DNA from: an uncultured Holophagales bacterium
GTDB taxonomy: Bacteria; Acidobacteriota; Thermoanaerobaculia; Multivoradales; UBA5704
DNA length: 64,000 nt
Reading direction: 5' to 3'
Assembly (NCBI GenBank): GCA_963842525.1
Contig: CAWJGT010000001.1
Location: 224,001-288,000 of the forward strand
Shown here: positions 9,463 to 20,023 of the stretch, piece by piece
Numbering within the stretch: the stretch's first letter is position 1
Layout: each line of letters starts with the position of its first letter
Position numbers and translations under genes: made by a program
Notes under the pieces: model-generated
The model's input: only the letters and a program-made list of their open reading frames with translations
What the model was told of the DNA's origin: nothing
The model's database searches: none

Positions 9463-10000
9463 CGGATCCCAGGTAGCGCGCGATCAGCTCCTCCCACTGC
9501 CCGCGCGCGTGCAGCACGACCTCGCACATCTCGCGCACCACGCCATCCCCTCCCTTGCGCAGCAGGACCCGGTCGACCCGCCCCCGCACCTCGGCGACGG
9601 CGTCGGCCGGGGCGAAGGAGAGGCCGCAGCGGCAGAGGACCGGGATATCCAGCAGGTCATCGCCCAGGTAGGCGACCCGCTCGGCGGCCGTGCCGTGCGA
9701 CGCCAGGAATTCGTCGAAGGCCGGCTCCTTGTCGGAGCGGTCCATGAGCAGGGCGTTCATCCCGATCTCGCCGGCGCGGACGCGCAGGGCCTCGCTGATG
9801 CGGCCGGAGAGGATGCCCACCTTGAGCCCCGCCTTCTGCGCCAGCTTGAGCCCCAGGCCGTCGCGTACGTGGAAGACCTTCAGCTCTTCGCCTGCAGAGC
9901 CGTAGACGAGGCGGCCGTCCGTGAAGACGCCGTCCACGTCGAAGAGCAGCCATTCGAGGGCCCGGGCGCGCTCCGCCAGGGTTGCATCGGTGAGGATCAC
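9446..10000 (-). CDS. kdsC: KDO 8-phosphate phosphatase
   Basis: FDVDGVFTDG, FHVRDGLG, LGDDLLD, GGDGVVRE. Confidence 0.95.
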   Translation of the reverse strand: MILTDATLAERARALEWLLFDVDGVFTDGRLVYGSAGEELKVFHVRDGLGLKLAQKAGLKVGILSGRISEALRVRAGEIGMNALLMDRSDKEPAFDEFLASHGTAAERVAYLGDDLLDIPVLCRCGLSFAPADAVAEVRGRVDRVLLRKGGDGVVREMCEVVLHARGQWEELIARYLGSDAGTT

Positions 10001-10008
10001 GCCGCCTC

Positions 10009-10998
10009 TCAAAACAGCTCCAGCCGCCACAGGTCGTGCAGGTGGACGACCCCTTCGAGCCGCCCCTCCGGATCACAGACGAAGAGCGAGGTGATGCGGT
10101 GCTCCTCCATCTTCTGGAGAGCGGCGGCGGCAAGCTCGTCGCCCGGGATGGTCCGCGGGCTGCGGTGCATGTGCTCAGCCGCCGTGTGGCGCAGGAGCCC
10201 GTCGTCGGTTTCGAGCGCGCGCCGCAGGTCGCCGTCCGAGATGCAGCCGAGGAGCCGCCCTTCGGCGTCGACCACCGCGGTGATCCCCAGTTTCTTCCTC
10301 GACATCTCGTAGATGGCGTCGCGCATCGGGGTCTCGGCCGTCACCTGCGGCAGGGCGTCGCCCGCGTGCATGAGCTGGTGGACCCGGAGCAGGCGCCTGC
10401 CGAGCCGGCCGGCGGGGTGGAGGCGCGCGAAGTCCTCGCGGGTGAAGCCGCGCGCTTCCAGGAGGGCCATGGCCAGCGCGTCTCCGAGAGCCAGGGTGGC
10501 GGTGGTCGAGGCGGTCGGGGCCAGGTTCAGCGGGCAGGCCTCGCGGTCGATGGCAGCAGGTAGATGGATGTCGGCGATCCGGGCGAGCGGGCTCGCCGCA
10601 TTGCCGGTCATGGCCACCAGCGGCACCCCGAGGCGCTTCAGGGTCTCGACCAGCCGCAGCAGCTCCTCGTTCGTACCCGAGTAGGAGGCGGCGAGCACCG
10701 CGTCGCCGGGGACGATCATCCCCAGGTCGCCATGGACCGCTTCGGCCGGATGGAGGAAGAAGGACGGCGTGCCTGTCGAGGCCAGGGTCGCCGCGATTTT
10801 CTTCATCACGAGGCCGCTCTTGCCCATGCCGGTGCAGACCACCCGGCCGGGGCAGGCACGCAGCAGCTCGACCGCCTGGTCGAACCGCTCGTCGAGCTGG
10901 TCGACAAGGCCCTCGATCGCCGCGGCCTCGGTGCGCAGGACCTCGACGGCGACCTCGCGGGAGGTCCTGACGGCAGCGGGCTTTTCGGCGAGGCTCAT
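10009..10998 (-). CDS. kdsD: Arabinose-5-phosphate isomerase (KpsF/GutQ; SIS + CBS)
   Basis: TGMGKSG, HPAEAVHGDLG, EACPLNLAPTAST, FARLHPAG, CBS pair. Confidence 0.96.
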   Translation of the reverse strand: MSLAEKPAAVRTSREVAVEVLRTEAAAIEGLVDQLDERFDQAVELLRACPGRVVCTGMGKSGLVMKKIAATLASTGTPSFFLHPAEAVHGDLGMIVPGDAVLAASYSGTNEELLRLVETLKRLGVPLVAMTGNAASPLARIADIHLPAAIDREACPLNLAPTASTTATLALGDALAMALLEARGFTREDFARLHPAGRLGRRLLRVHQLMHAGDALPQVTAETPMRDAIYEMSRKKLGITAVVDAEGRLLGCISDGDLRRALETDDGLLRHTAAEHMHRSPRTIPGDELAAAALQKMEEHRITSLFVCDPEGRLEGVVHLHDLWRLELF

Positions 10999-11017
10999 CG
11001 GCCGCCCTCCCGAAGAA

Positions 11018-11180
11018 CCTCACCCCCTGTCCCCCTCTCCCATCTCCCACCCTCCCATCCCCGGGAGAGGGGGGACGTTGTTGATGCCCTTGTGGCGATC
11101 TCGCGGAACGGCTCCGGATGCGTTCCCCCTCTCCCGGCGGGGGGTGGAAGGGAGATGGGAGAGGGGGACAGGGGGTGAGG
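11018..11180. repeat. Inverted doublet of pyrimidine/purine-skewed boxC-like palindromic repeats
   Basis: CCTCACCCCCTGTCCCCCTCTCCC...GGGAGAGGGGG followed by its inverted copy. 11112-11180 is the exact reverse complement of 56705-56773. Confidence 0.9.
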
Positions 11181-11182
11181 TC

Positions 11183-12013
11183 TCATGCCGCAGCCTCCAC
11201 CACGACCTTCCTCAGCTTCACCAGCGATTTGAGCAGCTCCTCCGCCCGCTCGGGCGGGAGCTGGACGGCGCGGTCGGAGAGTGCCCTGTCCGGCTCGGGG
11301 TGGACCTCCAGGAAGACGCCGTCGGCGCCGGCGGCCACGGCGGCGCGGGCGAGCGGCTCGGCGAAGCGGCGGTTGCCGCCGCTCTCCTCGCCGCCTCCGG
11401 GGAGCTGCAGCGAATGGGTCACGTCGTAAATGACCGGGATGCCCTCGTCGTGGAGGATGGCAAAGCTCCGCATGTCCACCACCAGGTTGTGGTAGCCGAA
11501 GGAGACACCTCTTTCGGTCACGGTCACCCGGTCATTGCCGGCGCTGCGGGCCTTGTCCACCACCTTGCGCATGTCGTCCGGCGCCATGAACTGGCCCTTC
11601 TTGATGTTCACGGCGCGGCCGGTCGCGGCGGCGGCCACGACCAGGTCGGTCTGGCGGCAGAGGAAGGCGGGGATCTGGAGGACGTCGCAGACCTCGGCTG
11701 CCGGAGCGCACTGGTGCGGCTGGTGGACGTCGGTCAGGACCGGCAGTCCGGTCTCTTCGCGGGCCAGCTTGAGGATCCGCAGCCCCTCCGTGAGGCCCAG
11801 GCCGCGGAAGCTGCCGATCGAGCTGCGGTTGGCCTTGTCGAAGGACGCCTTGAAGATCAGGCCGATCCCCAGCCGGTCGGCCAGGGCGGCCAGGACGTGC
11901 GCGGCCTCCAGGGTCCGCTCCTCGCTCTCCACGACGCAGGGGCCGGCGATCACCGGCAGCGCGTCCCCCCCGAGGACGATCCCGGGGGCCAGCTCGACGG
12001 GACGGACCGCCAT
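11183..12013 (-). CDS. kdsA: KDO 8-phosphate synthase
   Basis: IAGPCVVES, KASFDKANRSS, QIPAFLCRQTD, KKGQF, ERG, THSLQLPGG, EVHPEP. Confidence 0.97.
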   Translation of the reverse strand: MAVRPVELAPGIVLGGDALPVIAGPCVVESEERTLEAAHVLAALADRLGIGLIFKASFDKANRSSIGSFRGLGLTEGLRILKLAREETGLPVLTDVHQPHQCAPAAEVCDVLQIPAFLCRQTDLVVAAAATGRAVNIKKGQFMAPDDMRKVVDKARSAGNDRVTVTERGVSFGYHNLVVDMRSFAILHDEGIPVIYDVTHSLQLPGGGEESGGNRRFAEPLARAAVAAGADGVFLEVHPEPDRALSDRAVQLPPERAEELLKSLVKLRKVVVEAAA

Positions 12014-12015
12014 CG

Positions 12016-13767
<1,752 letters not shown>

Positions 13768-14559
13768 TCAGGTCTCGGACCCTCGCAACCCTCCCCGCAA
13801 TCCTCTCAATAATCGCTCGACACGCTCCAGATCTTCCCGCGTATCCACTCCCGGCGAGGACCTCTCCGCCAGCAGCACACGGATCGGGATGCCGTGCTCC
13901 AGCGCCCGGAGCTGCTCCAGCGACTCGCTGCGCTCCAGCGGCGTCGGCGTCAGCTCGGCGAGGCGCAGCAGCGCCGCGCGCTGATAGCCGTAGATGCCCA
14001 GGTGCTTGAGCGGCCGGGCGCCCCCTTCCTGCCGCGGATACGGGAGGGGCGAGCGGCTGAAATACAGGGCGTACCCCGCCAGGCTCAGCACCACCTTGAC
14101 CGCGTTCGGATTGCCCGCCTCGTCGTCCTGCGCGTCGGCGGCCAGGGTCACCACCGGGTCCTCGGGGTGCTCCGCGAGATGGCGGGCGATCCGCGAAATC
14201 GCCTCCGGGTCGATCAGCGGCTCATCCCCCTGGATGTTGATCACCGCTGCCGCGCGCCAATGCCGGGCCGCCCAGGCGATGCGGTCGGTGCCGCTGGCGC
14301 AGTCGGCCGGGGTCATCTCCCAGTTGCCGCCGAAGGCCTCGACGGCGCGGGCGATCCGCTCGTCGTCCGTCAGCACCACGACCCGGTCGAGCCCGCGCGC
14401 CTGGGCCACCTGTGCATACACGTGCTCGATCATCGGCCGGCCGGCGATCGGCAGCAGTGGCTTGCCGGGGAGTCGAGAAGATCCGTAGCGGGCCGGGATC
14501 GCTCCCACGATACCCGCGCCGCCGGAGGCGGTGGTGATCGGGGAAGCGGATGGGTGCAC
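13768..14559 (-). CDS. kdsB: 3-deoxy-manno-octulosonate cytidylyltransferase
   Basis: IPARYGSSRLPGKPL, SGTDR, NIQGDEP, YFSRSPLP, HLGIYGY, LEQLRALE. Confidence 0.97.
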   Translation of the reverse strand: MHPSASPITTASGGAGIVGAIPARYGSSRLPGKPLLPIAGRPMIEHVYAQVAQARGLDRVVVLTDDERIARAVEAFGGNWEMTPADCASGTDRIAWAARHWRAAAVINIQGDEPLIDPEAISRIARHLAEHPEDPVVTLAADAQDDEAGNPNAVKVVLSLAGYALYFSRSPLPYPRQEGGARPLKHLGIYGYQRAALLRLAELTPTPLERSESLEQLRALEHGIPIRVLLAERSSPGVDTREDLERVERLLRGLRGGLRGSET

Positions 14560-14621
14560 AGCCTAATCTAAAGCGATCGGGTGGGGGGTGTCAAACGGGG
14601 TGAGGTAACATTCCGCGGCTC

Positions 14622-16838
14622 ATGAGATCCCGCGTCCTCCTCCCGACCCTCGCACTTGCCTTTTCCATTGGAGCCTGCGGCGGCAGGGAGACGGCCGGCC
14701 CGGTCCGGCTGCTGGTGGACGGCGAGCATGCGCCCGACGTCCTGACCGAGCGCCGCGACGTCGCCAGCCCCCCGGCGCTGGGCGGGAACCGTTTCCTCAC
14801 CGGGTGGTGGCCCTGGCGCAATGAGGGGACCCTGGTCCTGTCGCCCATCGTCCAGGGCGCCCGGATGGAGATCGTCCACCTGGATGCCCCGGGAGCTGGA
14901 CGGCGGCGGACCCTGGCGCTCGACCTGCTCCAGGCGGCGCCGGACCGCAAGGTGCGCGTCAAGGCCGCCGGCCGCAACCTCGGTGCCTTTCCCTTGACCG
15001 ACCCGGTCGAGATCCCGCTGCCGGACGAGCTGCCGGTGGGGCGGGTACTCGTCGAGCTCTCCTTCGAGGAGGGCTCGCGCGGCGTGGTGGCCGCGGCGGT
15101 CCGGCCGTCGCTGCCCGAAGGACGGGTGCGCGTCCGCGACGCCGATCTGATCCAATCCGGAGACTCGCTGGTCGACCTGGTGCAGCCGGTGTTTACCGGC
15201 GGCGGGGAAGAGACCCTGGTGGGCGCCTTCGTCCCGCCGGCCGAGCCCGAGCCCGGCCAGCGTTTCGTCCTGACCCTCGAGCGGGAGGACGGATCGCCCA
15301 TCCGCCGCTTCTCATGGTCCCCCAGCCTCTGGAACCGGCTGCGTGGCACGAGGGACTTCGCCCTGCCCCTCGGCGAGGACGTCGGTGGATTCGTGCGCGT
15401 CCGCCTCCAGGCGTACGGCAAGGGACCGGCGGGCCGCTGGCAGGGGCTGGGCCTCCAGGGCGGGAGCCCCCCGCCCCCTCGAACACCGGCTCCCGCGTCG
15501 GACCCCTTCCCGCCGCCGCGCCTGGTCATCGTCTACATCATGGACGCCCTGCGCGCCGATACCGTCGGCATCCAGGGCGGGCCGCCGGGCATCTCGCCGA
15601 CCTGGGACCGGCTCGCCCACGAAGGAGCGCTCTTCCGCCGCCACCGGAGCGTCGCTCCCAATACCCTGCCGTCGACCAAGGCGCTCTTCACCGGCCGGAC
15701 CTTCGTCTCCCACGGCGGCTGGAAGCTGGAGCCCGAGGACGGTCCGACCCTGGCCGAGATGTATCCGGCAAGCCGGCTATCGCACCGGCCTCTTCTCGGG
15801 GAACGTCTACATCGGCCCGGCCTATAAGACCGATCGCGGCTTCGAGCACACCGCCCCGGAAGTCCAGATCGACGCCTACACGATCACCGAGCAGCGCCCC
15901 TACAACGACAATGCGGCCCAGGCGCACAGGTCCGCCCTCGCCTGGCTGCGGTCTCTGCGTCCGGGCGAGAAGGCCTTCCTCTATATCCATACCATCCACC
16001 CGCACAACCCCTACGACCCGCCGGAGCCGTTCCAGTCGCAGTGGACGCGCGGCATCCCCTCGACGATCGACGGCAGCACGAACACGCTCCACGATGTCAA
16101 ACGTGCCCGCCGCCAGACGAGCGAAGCGGACCGGCGGCGGCTGCGCGGGCTCTACAACGGCTCCTTCGCCTACAACGACGCCGAGCTGGACGGCTTCCTG
16201 CGGCAGGTCTCCGCCCTGGTGCCGCCGGCCGACACCCTGATCGCCCTGACCGCCGACCACGGCGAGGAGCATTTCGACCACGGAGGCATCCTCCATGGCT
16301 TCACCCTCTACGAGGAGCTGCTGCGCATCCCGCTGCTCCTCTGGGCTCCCGGGCGGCTGCGTCCCGCCGTGATCGACGCGCCGACCGACACGCTCGACCT
16401 GCACGCCACCCTGATCGGGCTCTCCGGGCTGCGGCCGCCGGCGGGGCACTCGACCCCGGGCCGGTCGCTGCCGGCCGTAGCGCGTGAGGAAGCCGCGGAT
16501 CGGCCACATCTCGCCGCGGCCTCCAGCGTCAAGGGCGGGATCTATTCGGCCAGCGCCGGCCGTTGGAAGGTGGTCTGGGCGCCGCGGGTCGGCATCGGCT
16601 GGGGGAGGGGGACGGCATCGGCCGTTCGCGCGATCCCGAGTACCTCTATGACCTGGAGAAAGATCCTGGGGAGAAGGTCAACCTGGCGGGCCAGGGGGAC
16701 CTCGCCGCGGCCTGGCTCCGTTCGCGGCTCCTCTCCTGGATCGAGCGCAACCGCAAATCCGAGGACGAGCCGAAGAAGAGCGAGCCCCTCGATCCCGAGA
16801 CCCTGGGCCGTCTGCGCGCCCTCGGATACGCGAACTGA
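14622..16838 (+). CDS. Sulfatase-like hydrolase/transferase lipoprotein (frameshifts near 15765 and 16610)
   Basis: Lipobox IGAC; YIMDALRAD, NTLPSTKALFTG; continues in other frames as HTIHPHNPY, ADHGEE and LYDLEKDPGE...LRALGYAN. Confidence 0.82.
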
Positions 16839-16906
16839 CCTCCCGATTCGGGCGATTCGGGCCACCACATTGGAGAAAATACCTCTCCGGCGTAAACTTC
16901 CCCTTC

Positions 16907-17449
16907 ATGGACCAGGAAGAAGTCCCGCGGATCCTCGGCCTGCTCGACGGTGCGATCCACCGCTCGCGCCGTTCCCGGCGTGAGATCGAGCGAACGCTCG
17001 GGCTGGGGCAGGGCTATCTGGGCAGCTTGCTCAAGGGCCGGATCGAGCTGAAGGTCCGGCACGTCTACCTCCTGGCGCGGGAGCTGGGCCTCGAGCCGCT
17101 CTCCTTCTTCGTCCAGGCCTCGCCGCCGAAAGAGACGGGATGGCTCCAGCAGCTCGGCGTTTCCACCGAAGCGCCTGCCGCCCTGCCCTCGGAGCCCGCC
17201 GCTGAGGAGACGCCTCTCACCCGCGCCGAGATCGAGGATCTGGTCCGTAAGACGTTGAGGGAGGAGCTGGCGAGGGTAGGAGAAGGGCGGAGCAAGCTTT
17301 CCTCGCCTAGATTGTGGCGAGCTTTGCGGTTTTCGCGCAGCTCCCGGAACAGACTCGCGACGATCTTGAAGAGATCGACGGTCGCCTCGTTGCGATTGAC
17401 CGCCTCTCGGAGCATGAGCAGAGCGGCGATCGCCTCCCTGGCGATGTAG
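16907..17449 (+). CDS. XRE-like helix-turn-helix regulator (C-terminus reads into the convergent gene)
   Basis: SRREIERTLGLGQGYLGSLLKGRIELKVRHVYLLARELGLEP fits an XRE HTH pattern. The plausible natural end is near 17290. Confidence 0.7.
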   Translation: MDQEEVPRILGLLDGAIHRSRRSRREIERTLGLGQGYLGSLLKGRIELKVRHVYLLARELGLEPLSFFVQASPPKETGWLQQLGVSTEAPAALPSEPAAEETPLTRAEIEDLVRKTLREELARVGEGRSKLSSPRLWRALRFSRSSRNRLATILKRSTVASLRLTASRSMSRAAIASLAM

Positions 17450-18646
17450 CGGGTCCGGAAGGTCTCCAACATGCTGGTTACGAGACGGTGGACTCGGTCC
17501 TTTTTTCCTTGCATCAGCCAGACGGCTGCCAAGTCGAAGGAGATCAAGCAGCGTCATAGGAAAGGCCTTCCCGCTCGAAGTTCTCGCGAACCTGCTTGAA
17601 GGCCGTCTCGGCGATATTCGAGCTTTCCCAGGCCTGACATAGATTCTGACCCTCTAGGCCCCGCAGCTTGAGGAGGCGATCCGATCGGCATGGTGCCTAT
17701 ACAGCGGCCGCATCTCCCAGAGCTGACGACGGGCAGTCCGGTACTCGCCCAATTCCACCCGGAACAGCAGCAGGTTATGTAGCACATGGAAAGTCAGCTT
17801 GGGTCGCGGTCACGGTGAATAAGCCGGAGTCCGCGCGCAAGCAGGCGTATGCCCTCTTCGGGGTCCCCCGTATAGCCAGTGTGCAGTCGCTTTCTTGATC
17901 AGCGCCCGCCCAGCATCATGGAGTTGCCCTGCTTCCGAAAGAGATTAAAAGCCAGATCGAGCAGCCGGAAGGCAGCTGGGAACTGACGCTGATCGCAGAA
18001 GGAGAGAGGCGGCAAGCTCGGCGAAGCCGGGCACGCAGCAGCGGTGAGCCCGTGAACCGTTCCGTGATGAAGCTCGAGAGCGCGTTGGATCGCGGTCATC
18101 TGCTAGCAGAATTGGTCGGCAACCCGATACGCATTGGCCAACTCCCCCCAAGCTCGGGCCTGAGGTCCGCAGGGGCATGCCAGGGCCATACTTCTGGGGA
18201 TCGAGCCTCTGGGCTGCTTCGGCGCTAGTTTGGCGAGATGGACCATGGCCTTTGGATCCCGATGCCGTAGGGCCAGAAGCCCGCTCCAGGAGCGCTTCGC
18301 ATAGAGCCATGAGTCCAGAAATCCGGCTCGTCGGTGGAACGCCCCATAGAGAAGCCGAACGTACCTTGCTCGCAGCTTCGGCCCTTTCGTGCACCAGCGC
18401 CGGTGAGCCTCCAAGGACAGCTGAAGGCGGCCGAAATGGCGCATTCGTAATCGCGTTCTGCTCGGCCGATGTCGTGGCACTGCCCGCCCGGCCGGGCCGG
18501 AACATGGTTCTTGCCAGAGGGGCCATGAGATCCCGACAGCGTGCGCACCCACTGAGCAGGTGACAGACAACGTCCCTTGCCTCAGGGGCGCTAAGCCGGC
18601 CTAGCAGGAAACTCTCCAACGCTCTAGAGCTGGGATGCTCACCCAT
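17290..18646 (-). pseudogene. Zinc-finger (zf-HC2-like HxxxGCxxC) plus TPR-like helical protein, multiply frameshifted
   Basis: N-terminus EHPSSRALESFLLGRL...VCHLLSGCARC. Fragments ALCEALLER, QARAWGELANAYRVAD and SFDLAAVWLMQG...REAIAALLML fall in successive frames. AGGAGG RBS before ATG 18646. 3' end approximate. Confidence 0.7.
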
Positions 18647-18726
18647 AGACTCTCCCTCCTCTAGGTTCCCGGAAGGCAGAAAGTTTCAATGATTCTCTCA
18701 CACTTTGGGCGTGAAAGGACGCAACC

Positions 18727-18762
18727 AAAAGGAGGGCGGCGACCGCCGAGGCGGCCGCCCCC
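18727..18762 (-). terminator. Probable terminator after the small peptide gene
   Basis: GGGCGGC...GCCGCCC hairpin followed by CCTTTTGG on the minus strand, ~15 bp after TAA at 18777. Confidence 0.55.
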
Positions 18763-18776
18763 CGTGCCCCGGACCA

Positions 18777-19090
18777 TTAGCCGTTCAGATCGAGCCCAAG
18801 CCGCGACTCACGTTCCCTGTGAGTCCGTTCGGACTGCATCCCTATCCCGCGAGCTCCGTCATCTGTGGTCCCGTCCGGGGCGTCCGATCTCCTTCTCTGG
18901 TCGCCCCATTCGGGTCCAGCCCACCCCCCCGCTCCCCATCCGCCGACCACAGCTCGACGAACCAACTCCAGACCTTCCCGACGACGTCCCAGTCCCCGGC
19001 CTCGACCGGATGGGGGAGGGCGAGGCCCAGGGCGAGGGTCAGGACCAGGACGGGGGCTCCACGACGGACCAATCTGCGCCATGTGGACAT
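18777..19090 (-). CDS. Small secreted peptide precursor with repeated GxxDPNG-like motifs (frameshifted tail)
   Basis: AAGGAGGA RBS; signal peptide MSTWRRLVRRGAPVLVLTLALGLALPHPVEA; WDVVGKVWSWFVELWS; RGGGLDPNG. An alternative frame ends RLGLDLNG* at 18777. Confidence 0.65.
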
Positions 19091-19327
19091 GACGTGTCCT
19101 CCTTGGCCGCGGGTCGTCCGAAACCGGAAGAGGTGCCGGCGCCCGCGGCGCCGCGTTGATCGCGGTGCTCTGGGCTCGTAACTTATACCCGAAAGCAGAC
19201 ACAGTGGTACGCCCAGAAATCTGAAAACAAGCGTTTCCTTCGCGCCAAGCCTTTTACTGTATGTTGACGTTTTATCCGCAGCGACAGTCCGGCAACAGGG
19301 ATCTTGTGCCTAGATGGCAGTTCCCCG

Positions 19328-19356
19328 TTGACAAACGCCCGGCGATGCCGAAGAAT
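19328..19356 (+). promoter_or_regulatory. Possible sigma70 promoter
   Basis: TTGACA-17 bp-AAGAAT upstream of the AAGGAGGA RBS and TTG 19386. Confidence 0.4.
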
Positions 19357-19385
19357 GATCCGCGTTATGGCAAAGGAGGATTTGC

Positions 19386-19593
19386 TTGCGGGAAAACGGA
19401 AAGCGGGTCGCGAAGCATCCGAAGGTCGGTGTGTTGCGGGGTTTTTTGCGGTCGCTCTCGGTCGCCGATGCAGGTCTCCTGCTGCATATCCTGGACTGCC
19501 CGCGGTGCACTGAGCTGGCGCGCAGAGGAGCTCAGGCCCAAGCCGGTGCGGCGCCGGAAGCCGCAGCTCGAGGCGGCGGCCAGCGGGGATTGA
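19386..19593 (+). pseudogene. N-terminal fragment of a second zf-HC2/TPR-family gene
   Basis: KHPKVGVLRGFL...LLLHILDCPRC resembles the 18646 N-terminus (HP...L..FL...H....C..C). No TPR region follows; a repeat array comes next. Confidence 0.55.
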
Positions 19594-19669
19594 GGGTGGT
19601 CCCCGGCCCTGTCCCATGGCCCTGTGAGGGTTCGGAAGGCGGGTGCCGGGGACGTTTTCAACCCCCTTG

Positions 19670-19898
19670 CACAGGGACCGCGGTCCGCGCGATACGGACC
19701 GCGAAACCACGACCTGGAGTGGCGGTCCCTCTCACAGGGACCGCGCCACGTGTCACGCGGACCTTGGGTCCTGCCCGCCGACCGGGCTCCCCCCGACAGG
19801 TTTCGCGGTCCGCCTGACCGGACCCACGGTCCGCGCCACAGGGACCGGAAGGCCTGACCGTGTTTCGTGGTCCCGATGACCGGGACCGCGGTCCGCAC
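19670..19898. repeat. Degenerate ~21-bp tandem array (about 11 units), consensus GACAGGGACCGCGGTCCGCGC
   Basis: Unit starts near 19671, 19692, 19712, 19734, 19755, 19796, 19817, 19838, 19857 and 19879. Core palindrome GGACCGCGGTCC. Confidence 0.8.
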
Positions 19899-20023
19899 CG
19901 GCCGGCTCGTGCGCGGTCGCAGCGCTCGGCTGAAGCTCATCCGAAAACGCGGCAGCGCCGTATCCCGGTCGGAGACCGCCGTCAGGTAGACTTTCCGGCG
20001 GATCACCTGGGGAGAGAGGAACG

